Origin: an uncultured Desulfobacteraceae bacterium
GTDB lineage: Bacteria > Desulfobacterota > Desulfobacteria > Desulfobacterales > UBA11574
Reading direction: 5' to 3'
Length of the DNA: 64,000 nt
NCBI GenBank assembly: GCA_964539365.1
Contig: CAZIIV010000003.1
Location: 8,897-72,896, forward strand
The notes beneath the pieces were generated by a model. The model made no database searches and was not told the origin of the DNA. It saw only the letters and a list, made by a program, of their open reading frames with translations. Made by a program: the position numbers and the translations under genes. Of the stretch, positions 37,091 through 46,100 are shown piece after piece. Positions within the stretch are counted from its first letter, which is position 1. Every line of letters begins with the position of its first letter.

Positions 37091-38512
37091 TTATAATCTA
37101 TTTAAGAGCCTTTCATGAATATTGTCAAACCCGCCGTTTGACATGATCAAAATAAGATCACCGGGTCTGGCTTCTGACGCCAGAAAATCAATGATCAAAT
37201 CGGTGTCCGGAAAGTAGTGTGCATCCTTGCCGCGGTGTTTGAGGTCGGCCACCAGTTTTTGGGATGAAAACCTTTCGGCAGGAGGAATTTTGTCAAGGCG
37301 CGAGGGATTGCGGATGCATGTGAGATCTGCATCGTCGAATGAAACCGGATAGATGTCCTGAAACACGTTGCGCATGCTGGAATTGGTTCTGGGTTCAAAT
37401 ACGGCAACAACGCGTCCTTGCGGATAAAACGGTTTAACTGCCCGGATGGTCTCTTGAACGGCTGTGGGATGATGGGCGAAATCGTCCATCACGGTAACGC
37501 CGCTTTTTTGGCCTCGCACCTCCTGGCGCCGCTTGATACCATCAAATGTTTCAAAAGCCGTTGCCATCGCCTCTGCCGGGATCATCAAATCATCCGCAAC
37601 CGCAATGGCGGACAAAGAATTTAACAGGTTGTGTTCTCCGACAAGTCTTGTCTTAAAATTCGCGAAAACTGCATTATGCTTTAAAACTTCGAAAAAAGTC
37701 CATGGCGGGTCAATGGAAACAGCTCCCAGACGCCACAACGCGGTTGCATTGGTGCCGTATGGTATGACCCGGCACTGACTTTTACGGATTAAATCGGCAA
37801 TGTTTTTATCATTGTCATATGCAAGCAGGGTGCTTTGGGGAGAAATGCCGGAGATAAAGGAAGCAAAGGCCTGTCTGACCTGATTGATATCCTTAAATAT
37901 ATCCGCATGATCGAATTCAACGCCGGTCAGTATTGCCATGAAAGGATTATAGTGTAAAAACTTGGGGCCTTTATCAAAAAAGGCCGTGTCATATTCATCT
38001 CCTTCTATGACAATGTAATCCCCTCTTCCAAGTCGATAATTGCTGTTAAAATTTTTTATGATTCCTCCAATCATAAAAACAGGATCAAGGCCGGCATGAT
38101 AAAGAATCCATGCCAGAATCGAAGATGTGGTGGTTTTGCCGTGGGTGCCGGTTATGACAAGGGATTTTTTACCTGCTGCAACGAATCTGTTGACTGCCTG
38201 AGGCATGGAGCAAAATTCTAGTCCCATTTGATCCATTTTTACAACTTCAGGGTTATCTTTTGATACGGCATTTCCCACAACCACCAAATCCGGACCGTAT
38301 AAAACATTCTTTTCATTAAACCCCTCGGCAATTTGAATGCCTTTGTTCGAGAGAAACTCACTCATGGGGGGATACACTTTATGATCCGATCCTGTTATGC
38401 TATAGCCTGAATCCTTTAGCATACTGGCAAGGGCACCCATTCCCGTCCCGCAGACAGCGATAAGGTGAATATTTTTAACATTTTCGGAAATTTTGTTTTT
38501 GTTCAGGTCCAT
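37091..38512 (-). CDS. mpl: UDP-N-acetylmuramate:L-alanyl-gamma-D-glutamyl-meso-diaminopimelate ligase
   Basis: IHLIAVCGTGMGALASMLKDSGYSITGSD, GTHGKTTTSS. The Mur-ligase layout and ~470-aa size are typical of Mpl. Confidence 0.88.
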   Translation of the reverse strand: MDLNKNKISENVKNIHLIAVCGTGMGALASMLKDSGYSITGSDHKVYPPMSEFLSNKGIQIAEGFNEKNVLYGPDLVVVGNAVSKDNPEVVKMDQMGLEFCSMPQAVNRFVAAGKKSLVITGTHGKTTTSSILAWILYHAGLDPVFMIGGIIKNFNSNYRLGRGDYIVIEGDEYDTAFFDKGPKFLHYNPFMAILTGVEFDHADIFKDINQVRQAFASFISGISPQSTLLAYDNDKNIADLIRKSQCRVIPYGTNATALWRLGAVSIDPPWTFFEVLKHNAVFANFKTRLVGEHNLLNSLSAIAVADDLMIPAEAMATAFETFDGIKRRQEVRGQKSGVTVMDDFAHHPTAVQETIRAVKPFYPQGRVVAVFEPRTNSSMRNVFQDIYPVSFDDADLTCIRNPSRLDKIPPAERFSSQKLVADLKHRGKDAHYFPDTDLIIDFLASEARPGDLILIMSNGGFDNIHERLLNRL

Positions 38513-38613
38513 ACCTATTCGCCCGGATTTATCAGGGATTGAGATGCTCGGAAACAGGCCACCATCAAAAAACCTTTATTTTCTAAAAGTTGTAGAATTT
38601 CCGAAACGTCAAG

Positions 38614-38751
38614 TTAGGGGTTACACCCCAACTGGAATGCTGGAATAATGAAATAATGGGTTAATCGTAAAAGTTGTGTTTACGATAAAATTAAAAATGG
38701 CTGACATCCTTCTAAAAACCAATCTTCCAGTATTCCAATATTCCATAATCG
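38614..38751. repeat. GGAAT-rich octamer-periodic inverted-repeat element, copy 2 (full)
   Basis: Left arm: CTGGAATG CTGGAATA ATGAAATA ATGGGTTA. Internal perfect 8-bp hairpin: atcgtaaa/tttacgat. Right arm: ccagtattccaatattccataatcg, which is the reverse complement of GGAAT units. Confidence 0.65.
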
Positions 38752-38818
38752 AGGCAAGCGTTTAAGTCTCAAAATATCTCAAGTATTTTCAAAAAGTTAT
38801 AAAACACAAGGCGCTTAA

Positions 38819-39430
38819 CTATTCTCCGGTCACAGGCGATTGAGCAGGAGGCGTTCCGGACGGTGTCTGTGGCTTTGCCTTTCCGAGCGTTTCATACATT
38901 GACAGCAGAAAAATCGTTGCCAGAGGCTGGGTAAAAAGAGAAGCTATGAATAAGGAGCTTCCAATCGCAGATATTCCTATAAACAGGATAAAAACTACGA
39001 TGTGGTCCACAACGGTCTCTTTTTTTGTAACTATTGAATAACTTTGCTTGACAGCTTCAATAAGGCCCAGATTTCTGTCTGTCATCAGCGGCAGCATGTA
39101 GATGCAGGCGAATGAGACCGCAAGCAAAAACAGTACTCCGGGCAGGAAAAGAAGCATCAGTCCGATCATGGTTATAATGAAGACAACGATAGAGAAGCAT
39201 AACAGAGGCAAAAAAAGTCGCATTTGTGAAAAAATATCTTTAACTTTGGGCTCGCGTCTCTCTCTTACCAACAGCAGAATGGAATGCATATAGCCGGCCA
39301 TTGTTACCGGTGCCAGGATACCCAGTGTAACCACGCTTATGGCTATCATGGCAAGCGTCATGAATATGAGTGGTGCAATATACTGCAGTGTCATTTTCCA
39401 GGCGTTTTCCAGATGATATTTAAAATCCAT
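38819..39430 (-). CDS. Multi-pass membrane protein of unknown function
   Basis: About 5 hydrophobic segments and a Pro-rich C-terminal tail. GGAGGA lies 7 nt upstream of the ATG at 39430; the GTG at 39445 is less likely. Confidence 0.6.
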   Translation of the reverse strand: MDFKYHLENAWKMTLQYIAPLIFMTLAMIAISVVTLGILAPVTMAGYMHSILLLVRERREPKVKDIFSQMRLFLPLLCFSIVVFIITMIGLMLLFLPGVLFLLAVSFACIYMLPLMTDRNLGLIEAVKQSYSIVTKKETVVDHIVVFILFIGISAIGSSLFIASLFTQPLATIFLLSMYETLGKAKPQTPSGTPPAQSPVTGE

Positions 39431-39683
39431 CAATATTTCCTCCACTTGTCAATGATTATATGATTCTGTCAAAAATGTATAATCAACAAGCCATGCCAAG
39501 TCAAGGTCTGTCATCCCAAAAACAATTTTTCCGGCTTATTACGGATAGGACCGGAGACTGTTCTCCCGAAAGTTTTTCCTGTAATGTTCTATAATTTTGT
39601 TTAAATTGCCTGCCATGGGTGAGCACCTCCTTTCAGGCAAAGCGGCGCGTGGCTCGGGATATGAACAAGTATTTAATATTTTC

Positions 39684-39712
39684 TTGACACACTGAAACCA
39701 TTTCGCCATACT
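39684..39712 (+). promoter_or_regulatory. Candidate sigma70 promoter for the PHI/HPS operon (TTGACA-17 nt-CATACT)
   Basis: A perfect -35 at 39684..39689 and a -10 at 39707..39712, about 80 nt upstream of the PHI start. Confidence 0.45.
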
Positions 39713-39793
39713 CTGAAACTTCAACCGTAAGTTTTATCAATATGTTAACTTTATGCTTTTATAGTTCAGGGAGTTTCCCTTAACCATCATCTG

Positions 39794-40381
39794 ATGTCGA
39801 CAAGTTATAAAAATGATAAAAAACTTACCATCCGGGAAATGGTTACGGCTGTCCTGGATGAGAATAGGTCCTTGGTGCAAAGCCTGAGTGACACGGCCGC
39901 ACAAGATTTTATCCGGAGAATATTGGATGCCCGATGCATTTTTTTTTCCGCTCAAGGAAGAGCCGGTTTTATTCTTCGCTGCTTTTGTATGCGCCTGATG
40001 CATTTGGGATTTACTGTGTATTTTTGTGGGGAAACCATTACTCCGGCCATTACTGGTGATGATTTGCTCATTGTCCTGAGTGGATCAGGAGAGACGCCGT
40101 CGACGTTAGAATCGGTAAAGAGTGCTAAAAAATACCGCGCCAAAACCTACGGAATTTTGGGAAATACGGAATCTAGAATCGCCTCGGCTGTTGATGAAAG
40201 CATTTTTATTCCCGGGACCACAAAGCTTTGCCGTGAAGGTGAGCCCCAATCATTGCAAATGGCCGGCTCCCTTTTTGAACAATCTGCCTTTGTTTTCTTA
40301 GAGGCGATTGTGCTGGAAATTTATCAGAAAAGAAAGAAAGATGTCGGTAGCGTTTCATCACGACACACGGTTATAGAGTAA
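39794..40381 (+). CDS. hxlB: 6-phospho-3-hexuloisomerase (SIS domain)
   Basis: SIS signature FFSAQGRAG...LLIVLSGSGETPST. It lies directly upstream of an HPS gene. The start is uncertain (39839 is an alternative). Confidence 0.8.
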   Translation: MSTSYKNDKKLTIREMVTAVLDENRSLVQSLSDTAAQDFIRRILDARCIFFSAQGRAGFILRCFCMRLMHLGFTVYFCGETITPAITGDDLLIVLSGSGETPSTLESVKSAKKYRAKTYGILGNTESRIASAVDESIFIPGTTKLCREGEPQSLQMAGSLFEQSAFVFLEAIVLEIYQKRKKDVGSVSSRHTVIE

Positions 40382-40391
40382 AGGAGGAAGC

Positions 40392-41678
40392 ATGAAACCA
40401 ATCTTGCAGTTGGCATTAGATTTTGTAGATTTGAATCGGGCGCTGAAAAACGCCCAGGCAGGTATTGCCGGCGGGGTTGACTGGCTTGAGGCAGGAACAC
40501 CGCTCATTAAGAGCGAAGGTCTCCACTCCGTACGGGAGTTGCGAAGACTTTTCCCTGACAAAACCATTGTGGCGGATATGAAGATCATGGATGCCGGACG
40601 AACCGAGGTTGAAACTGCAGCCAAAGCCGGTGCCAATATAGTGGATGTGCTTGGCGCATCCAGCGATGCGACCATTCGGGAGTGTATCCAGGCGGGCAAG
40701 AACTATGGCGCCAAAATAGTCGTCGACATGATAGCGGTTAAAGATGTGGTATCAAGAGCCAAATTCGTTGAAGCGTTAGGCGCGGACATTGTAACGGTCC
40801 ATTGCGCCATTGACGAACAAATGGAAGGAAAAGATCCTTTCGAAATTTTACGCCAGGTCAGCCAGGCATTGACCATTCCGGTGGGAGTGGCCGGGGGCAT
40901 CAATTCCGAAACCGCCGCCAAAGCAGTGGAGGCCGGCGCTTCTATCGTCATTGTGGGTGGTGCCATCACCAAGGCCATGGACCCTGAACAGGCAACCCGG
41001 GATATCCGCCGGGGAATGGATACCGGTGAGAGCATCAGTACTACCCTTTTTAAGAGAAAGGGGGAGGAGCAAATAAAGGAAATGCTGGAGCTGGTATCGT
41101 CGGCGAATCTTTCCGATGCCTTGCACCGGGGCGGAGTTTTGCAAGGAATTCGGCCGCTTTTCCCCGGCATCCGAATGGTGGGTCGTGCGGTTACCGTAAG
41201 AACGTATCCGGGAGATTGGTCCAAACCGGTCCAGGCCATTGATGTGGCCGAACCCGGTGATGTTATCGTCATTGACGCCGGCGGGGCGGGTCCTGCCATT
41301 TGGGGAGAACTGGCCACCCATTCGGCCGTGCAAAAGGGTCTGGCCGGGGTGGTCATTGACGGCGCCCTCAGAGACAGTCCGGAAATTATAGAGATGAAAT
41401 TTCCGGCCTTCAGCAGACTTATCATGCCCAATGCGGGAGAGCCCAAAGGATTCGGAGAGATCGGCGTTCCGGTTACGGTGGGTAATATGCACATAGAGCC
41501 CGGAGATTGGCTGCTGGGTGACTATGATGGGGTTGTGGTACTGCCGCGCGCCATAGCTGTGGAATATGCCAACCGGAGCATGGACGTGCTTGAGAAGGAA
41601 AACCGCATCCGGGAAGAAATCAAAGAAGGAAGCACTCTGAGCAAGGTCACCGAACTTTTGCGCTGGGACAAAAAATAA
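40392..41678 (+). CDS. hxlA: 3-hexulose-6-phosphate synthase (OMPdecase-fold) fused to an RraA-like domain
   Basis: N-terminal half: LQLALDF...AGTPLIK...IVADMKIMDAG...VTVH...GGI. C-terminal half: GELATHSAVQKGLAGVVIDGALRD, typical of the RraA / HMG-aldolase family. Confidence 0.85.
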   Translation: MKPILQLALDFVDLNRALKNAQAGIAGGVDWLEAGTPLIKSEGLHSVRELRRLFPDKTIVADMKIMDAGRTEVETAAKAGANIVDVLGASSDATIRECIQAGKNYGAKIVVDMIAVKDVVSRAKFVEALGADIVTVHCAIDEQMEGKDPFEILRQVSQALTIPVGVAGGINSETAAKAVEAGASIVIVGGAITKAMDPEQATRDIRRGMDTGESISTTLFKRKGEEQIKEMLELVSSANLSDALHRGGVLQGIRPLFPGIRMVGRAVTVRTYPGDWSKPVQAIDVAEPGDVIVIDAGGAGPAIWGELATHSAVQKGLAGVVIDGALRDSPEIIEMKFPAFSRLIMPNAGEPKGFGEIGVPVTVGNMHIEPGDWLLGDYDGVVVLPRAIAVEYANRSMDVLEKENRIREEIKEGSTLSKVTELLRWDKK

Positions 41679-41688
41679 AGAATAAAGG

Positions 41689-42960
41689 ATGATACAATTA
41701 ATCAGAGGATTTAAAGATATCCTTCCCGGGGAAGTCGAACTCTGGCAGTATATCGAAAAAACCGCCCGGTCTCTTTTTGAAGATTTCGGTTTTAAGGAAA
41801 TTCGTATTCCGATGATGGACCGAACGGAACTGTGTGCCATGAGTATTGGTGAAGACACCGATATTGTGGAAAAAGAGATGTACACCTTCCCGGATAGAAA
41901 AGGAAATCTCATCACCCTGCGACCGGAGGCAACCGCATCGGTTTGTCGTTCATATATCCAGCACAAACTGTATTCAGCGGATCCGGTGCAGAAATATTAT
42001 ACCATCGGTCCCATGTTTCGGCGGGAAAGGCCCCAAAAGGGAAGATACCGGCAATTTTACCAGCTCAATGCAGAAATTTTTGGGGTGGAGTCCCCGCTGG
42101 TTGATGTTGAGCTGATCTTTCTGCCGGTAACCTTATTTTCAAGATTATCTGTTTCCGATGTTGAAGTACATATCAACTCGCTGGGGTGTCCGGAATGCCG
42201 GCCAAAATTCAAAGCCATGCTTTCCGATTTTCTGACATCTTGCACCGGTATGCTTTGTTCAGACTGTCTCCGGCGAAAAGATCGGAATCCATTACGGGTG
42301 CTTGATTGCAAAGTACCTGCCTGCAGAGAGGCCATGGCTCATGCACCATCCATTCTGGAGTATTTATGTCCGGCATGCAGACGCCATTTTGAAAGCGTTA
42401 AGACAGCCCTCAACACAATGAACGTCCCATTTACCATCGATAAATGGCTGGTCCGGGGTCTTGATTATTATACCCGAACTACTTTTGAAATTCAGGCCGG
42501 ATCACTGGGCGCCCAGAGTGCCGTGGCTGGCGGCGGAAGATACGATGGTCTGGTTAAAGCCCTTGGCGGACCCGATACTCCGGCCACCGGTTTTGCCATC
42601 GGTTTTGACCGGTTGGCGGAAATTACCGGATTGAATCGTAGTGATTTTATCAGGACGCCGGATATTTATTTGGCTGCACTGGGAGAAAAGAGCCGGTCAC
42701 TCGCCTTTGAGTGGAAATCTGCGTTATGCATTGAGGGGATTAAAACCGAGATGGATTTTGGCGATAAAAGTTTAAAAAGCCAGATGAAACAGGCAGATCG
42801 ACTGGGGGCGACACATGTTCTCATCGTCGGCGATAACGAGATTAAAAAAAGATCGGTTATCTTGCGTAATATGACCACCAAAGAACAGACGTCGATTCCC
42901 ATTGAACATGTCGTTGAAAATATAAAATCGAACTTAAGGAGTCAATTCATTGTCAGATAA
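41689..42960 (+). CDS. hisS: histidine--tRNA ligase
   Basis: IRGFKDILP, LRPE.TAS, YYTIGPMFRRERPQKGRYRQFYQ, GGGRYDGL. Confidence 0.95.
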   Translation: MIQLIRGFKDILPGEVELWQYIEKTARSLFEDFGFKEIRIPMMDRTELCAMSIGEDTDIVEKEMYTFPDRKGNLITLRPEATASVCRSYIQHKLYSADPVQKYYTIGPMFRRERPQKGRYRQFYQLNAEIFGVESPLVDVELIFLPVTLFSRLSVSDVEVHINSLGCPECRPKFKAMLSDFLTSCTGMLCSDCLRRKDRNPLRVLDCKVPACREAMAHAPSILEYLCPACRRHFESVKTALNTMNVPFTIDKWLVRGLDYYTRTTFEIQAGSLGAQSAVAGGGRYDGLVKALGGPDTPATGFAIGFDRLAEITGLNRSDFIRTPDIYLAALGEKSRSLAFEWKSALCIEGIKTEMDFGDKSLKSQMKQADRLGATHVLIVGDNEIKKRSVILRNMTTKEQTSIPIEHVVENIKSNLRSQFIVR

Positions 42961-44731
42961 ACTTGGAGACATGAGAAAAACCCATACCTGCTGTGAACTT
43001 GGAGCAGATGATGTGGGCATGGAAGTGGTGCTCATGGGTTGGGTCCAGCGCCGAAGGGATCATGGCGGAGTGATTTTCGTGGACCTGCGCGACAGGGAAG
43101 GGATAACGCAGGTGGTTTTCAATCCTGAAGTCAGCCCTAAGGTCCATGAAAAGGCCCATGTCATTCGAAGTGAATATGTGATTGGCGTTCGGGGAAACGT
43201 GAAAAAAAGACTGGAAGGCATGACAAATCCCAAATTGAAAACCGGCCGGATAGAGGTATTTGCCACGGAACTCAAAATATTCAATGCCGCTGAAACTCCG
43301 CCGTTTATGATTGAGGACAATCTGGAAGTTTCGGAAAATATTCGGCTGAAATTTCGTCACATTGATCTTCGGCGGCCCATTTTCCAAAAAAACCTCATCA
43401 AACGGCACACAGCTGCCTCTTCCGTCAGACACTATTTGAACACCCTCGGGTTTATCGATATTGAAACACCGGTGCTGACCCGAAGTACGCCCGAAGGTGC
43501 AAGGGACTATCTGGTTCCCAGTCGGGTAAACCCGAGTCTGTTTTATGCCTTGCCTCAGTCCCCCCAGATCTTCAAACAATTGCTGATGATGGCCGGATTT
43601 GACCGGTACTACCAGATTGTAAAATGTTTCAGGGATGAAGACCTCAGGGCGGACCGCCAGCCGGAGTTTACTCAGATCGACATGGAAATGTCCTTCGTCG
43701 GAGAAAACGATGTGATGGACATTACGGAAAACATGATGGTCACTCTATTCAAAGATGCTCTGGACATAGACCTTAACACCCCCTTTGAGCGCCTTTCCTA
43801 TGATGATGCGGTTGGCCGTTTTGGGCTGGACAAACCCGATATTCGGTTTGCACTGGAACTCGTGGATATTTCGGATATTGTCCGGGACGCGGGTTTTAAG
43901 CTCTTTTCTGATGTTGCTAAAAAGGGAGGAATCGTGAAGGCCCTGAATGCCAAGGGGTGCATCGATTTTACACGCAAAGAGATAGACGATTTGACCGAAT
44001 TTGTCTCCATATACAAAGCCAAAGGCCTGGCATGGATCAAGGTGCGTGAAGATTCCTGGCAATCTCCGATCGCCAAATTCTTCACCGACGATGAAAAGCA
44101 GGCCATTGCAAAGCGCATTGATATGCAGCCCGGCGACCTGGTATTTTTTGTGGCCGATCAGCCCAAGATCACCAATGAGGCCCTGGGACAGCTTCGAAAC
44201 TTTCTGGGGAAGAAACTGGGCATGATTGATGAAAATACATTCAGTTTTGTTTGGATTACCCGGTTTCCCTTGCTGGAATTTGATGAAAACGAAAAACGGA
44301 ACCAGGCGTTGCACCATCCGTTTACGGCGCCACTGGACGAGGATTGTGGCCTGCTGGAGAAAGACCCGCTTTCCGTCAGATCAAAGGCGTATGATCTGGT
44401 GTTAAACGGTTCGGAGATCGGCGGCGGGAGCATCCGTATTCATCAAAGAAAATTGCAGGAAAGGGTGTTTGCAGCACTGGGGATGGATCGGGAAACTTAT
44501 GAAGAAAAATTCGGATTTCTGCTTTCGGCTTTAGACTCCGGAGCCCCACCCCACGGCGGAATCGCCATCGGTTTTGACCGACTGGTGATGATATTATGCG
44601 CACAGCCTTCCATCCGGGATGTTATTGCCTTCCCAAAAACTCAGAAAGCGGCCTGCCTGCTTACCAATGCCCCTGCTCAAGCAGGCAAAGCTCAGCTGGA
44701 CGAACTTAATTTAAGAATAAAAAAGCTTTAA
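42950..44731 (+). CDS. aspS: aspartate--tRNA ligase
   Basis: GWV.RRRDHGGVIFVDLRD, QSPQIFKQLLM, FRDEDLRADRQPEFTQID, GGGSIRIH. The start is a TTG at 42950 with AAGGAG 8 nt upstream; it overlaps hisS by 11 nt. Confidence 0.95.
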   Translation: MSDKLGDMRKTHTCCELGADDVGMEVVLMGWVQRRRDHGGVIFVDLRDREGITQVVFNPEVSPKVHEKAHVIRSEYVIGVRGNVKKRLEGMTNPKLKTGRIEVFATELKIFNAAETPPFMIEDNLEVSENIRLKFRHIDLRRPIFQKNLIKRHTAASSVRHYLNTLGFIDIETPVLTRSTPEGARDYLVPSRVNPSLFYALPQSPQIFKQLLMMAGFDRYYQIVKCFRDEDLRADRQPEFTQIDMEMSFVGENDVMDITENMMVTLFKDALDIDLNTPFERLSYDDAVGRFGLDKPDIRFALELVDISDIVRDAGFKLFSDVAKKGGIVKALNAKGCIDFTRKEIDDLTEFVSIYKAKGLAWIKVREDSWQSPIAKFFTDDEKQAIAKRIDMQPGDLVFFVADQPKITNEALGQLRNFLGKKLGMIDENTFSFVWITRFPLLEFDENEKRNQALHHPFTAPLDEDCGLLEKDPLSVRSKAYDLVLNGSEIGGGSIRIHQRKLQERVFAALGMDRETYEEKFGFLLSALDSGAPPHGGIAIGFDRLVMILCAQPSIRDVIAFPKTQKAACLLTNAPAQAGKAQLDELNLRIKKL

Positions 44732-44749
44732 ATAGTGCCCGAACGGAAA

Positions 44750-44773
44750 CAGGCCAGGTTTTATCCTGGTCTG
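44750..44773. terminator. Hairpin between convergent aspS and the NUDIX gene (CAGGCCAGG-TTTTAT-CCTGGTCTG)
   Basis: A 9-bp stem including one G-U pair. There is only a weak T-run on the minus strand and none on the plus strand. Confidence 0.5.
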
Positions 44774-44790
44774 ACCTTGCCGAATTCCCG

Positions 44791-45219
44791 TTATGTTTTT
44801 TTATAATTAGCGCCAGGCGTGAAACCTTGCTCCAATAAATTTTTCAAAGGTAAAAATCTTGGCTCGGGCAATTCATTCCAGAAAAACCAGTCCCATTTTT
44901 CACATTTTTCGGGCTCTTTTAATTCAAGATCGCCATCATCATATTCTGATATTACGAATAGGGTAACGTAATGCTTTTGATCCTTTCGGAAAATGTCATT
45001 TGTGAACGTGCCGTACCTGATATTTTTGATATGTATTCCGGTTTCTTCAAAGACCTCTCGTTTGGCGCAGTCTTCAATGGACTCGTTGAATTCTAAATGA
45101 CCGCCCGGAAATGCCCAGGTTCCGGCTCCGTGAGCGTTTTTTCTTTTGCCCAGCAATACCTTATTGTCTTTAATGACAATCGCTGCCACACCAATTAAGG
45201 GTCTCATGCTCATCATCAA
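44791..45219 (-). CDS. NUDIX hydrolase
   Basis: Nudix box GGHLEFNESIEDCAKREVFEETG. The start is probably one of the clustered Met codons at 45207-45219. Confidence 0.88.
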   Translation of the reverse strand: MMMSMRPLIGVAAIVIKDNKVLLGKRKNAHGAGTWAFPGGHLEFNESIEDCAKREVFEETGIHIKNIRYGTFTNDIFRKDQKHYVTLFVISEYDDGDLELKEPEKCEKWDWFFWNELPEPRFLPLKNLLEQGFTPGANYKKT

Positions 45220-45697
45220 TGTTCACAATCTCTGTTTTTATGGAAGGGCCCCGGACATGAAGAAAAGCCAGCGATGCCGAAGACTTACGGCGAGGCTGCG
45301 CGGCACTGCCGGGATTTACAAACAGCACTCCGTTGTGTTTGGCAACAGAGGGATAATGGAGATGGCCAAAAATTACCGCGTCAAAATCAGCCTTTGACGG
45401 AGCAATATCCAGCTTGTTAATATCATGAATGATATACAGCAGAGCATCACCCACCTGGATAACCTCTGTTTCGGGAAGTTCTCTCAGGTCTTCACTCATA
45501 TCCATGTTGCCCCGGACAGCCACGACCGGAGCCATGGCTTGCAGTTCATCCATAACCCCGGTATTGCCAATGTCTCCGGCATGAATAATCAGATCAACAC
45601 CGTGAAGGGCTTTTATGGCCCCTGGCACAAGAAGACCATGAGTGTCCGAAATGACCCCGACGATAACATGCTCCCTGTTTTGGAAATATACCGACAT
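45170..45697 (-). CDS. YfcE/MJ0936-type metallophosphoesterase
   Basis: VGVISDTHG, IHAGD, RGNMD and GHLH motifs. Confidence 0.88.
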   Translation of the reverse strand: MSVYFQNREHVIVGVISDTHGLLVPGAIKALHGVDLIIHAGDIGNTGVMDELQAMAPVVAVRGNMDMSEDLRELPETEVIQVGDALLYIIHDINKLDIAPSKADFDAVIFGHLHYPSVAKHNGVLFVNPGSAAQPRRKSSASLAFLHVRGPSIKTEIVNIDDEHETLNWCGSDCH

Positions 45698-45796
45698 AAG
45701 CCCTTTTCCCGTTATTTTATTTCCCGCTTTAGCTTTGCGGTAATTCCGGTGTATCGCTTCCCGTTGCAGTTTAAAAAAGCAACATACTATTTTGAA

Positions 45797-45826
45797 ATAA
45801 AAAAGACCAGGTTTTATCCCGGCCTG
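45797..45826 (-). terminator. Rho-independent terminator (minus strand)
   Basis: On the minus strand: AGGCCGGG-ATAAAA-CCTGGTCT followed by TTTTTT. The stop codon of the frameshifted ORF lies in the loop. Confidence 0.6.
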
Positions 45827-46100
45827 TTTTTGTTGCTGCCAAATTCTTTTGCAGACTTTTCCCAGGCATCACCGAGAGCCTTATATGCATCCGAGAATCC
45901 TTTCTTCATATGCTCCCAGGCACCGGCGGAACTGGCTTTCAGACTGCCGTACCACTCGGCCACCTCATTTCGTTGCTTACGCAGGGCTTTCAGGTTGGCA
46001 CGCGCTTTTTCACGATTTGAATCTGGAACTGGCTGACTTCAGCGCATTGCCGAGCGAGTTCCACGCACTATCCATGCCTGCTTTGAGGTCCTCCCATGCA
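45814..46100 (-). pseudogene. Frameshifted ORF for an amphipathic AW(E/N)-repeat helical protein
   Basis: Frame 1 reads ...DDAWEDLKAGMDSAWNSLGNALKSASSRFKS*. It continues in the +1 frame as EKARANLKALRKQRNEVAEWYGSLKASSAGAWEHMKKGFSDAYKALGDAWEKSAKEFGSNKNRPG*. The shift sits at an A5 run (46006..46010). Confidence 0.5.
46015..46069 (-). repeat. 55-nt coding repeat, copy B (inverted relative to 58121..58175)
   Basis: 46 of 55 nt are identical to copy A. The differences are concentrated at synonymous positions. Confidence 0.8.

Noticed and set aside
40703-41966. Long minus-strand ORFs (263 aa and 372 aa) opposite the HPS-RraA and hisS genes
   Set aside because: They are shadow ORFs in a GC-rich stretch. 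Their translations are low-complexity (Ser/Pro/Ala/Arg-rich) with no motifs, while the plus-strand genes have clear family signatures.
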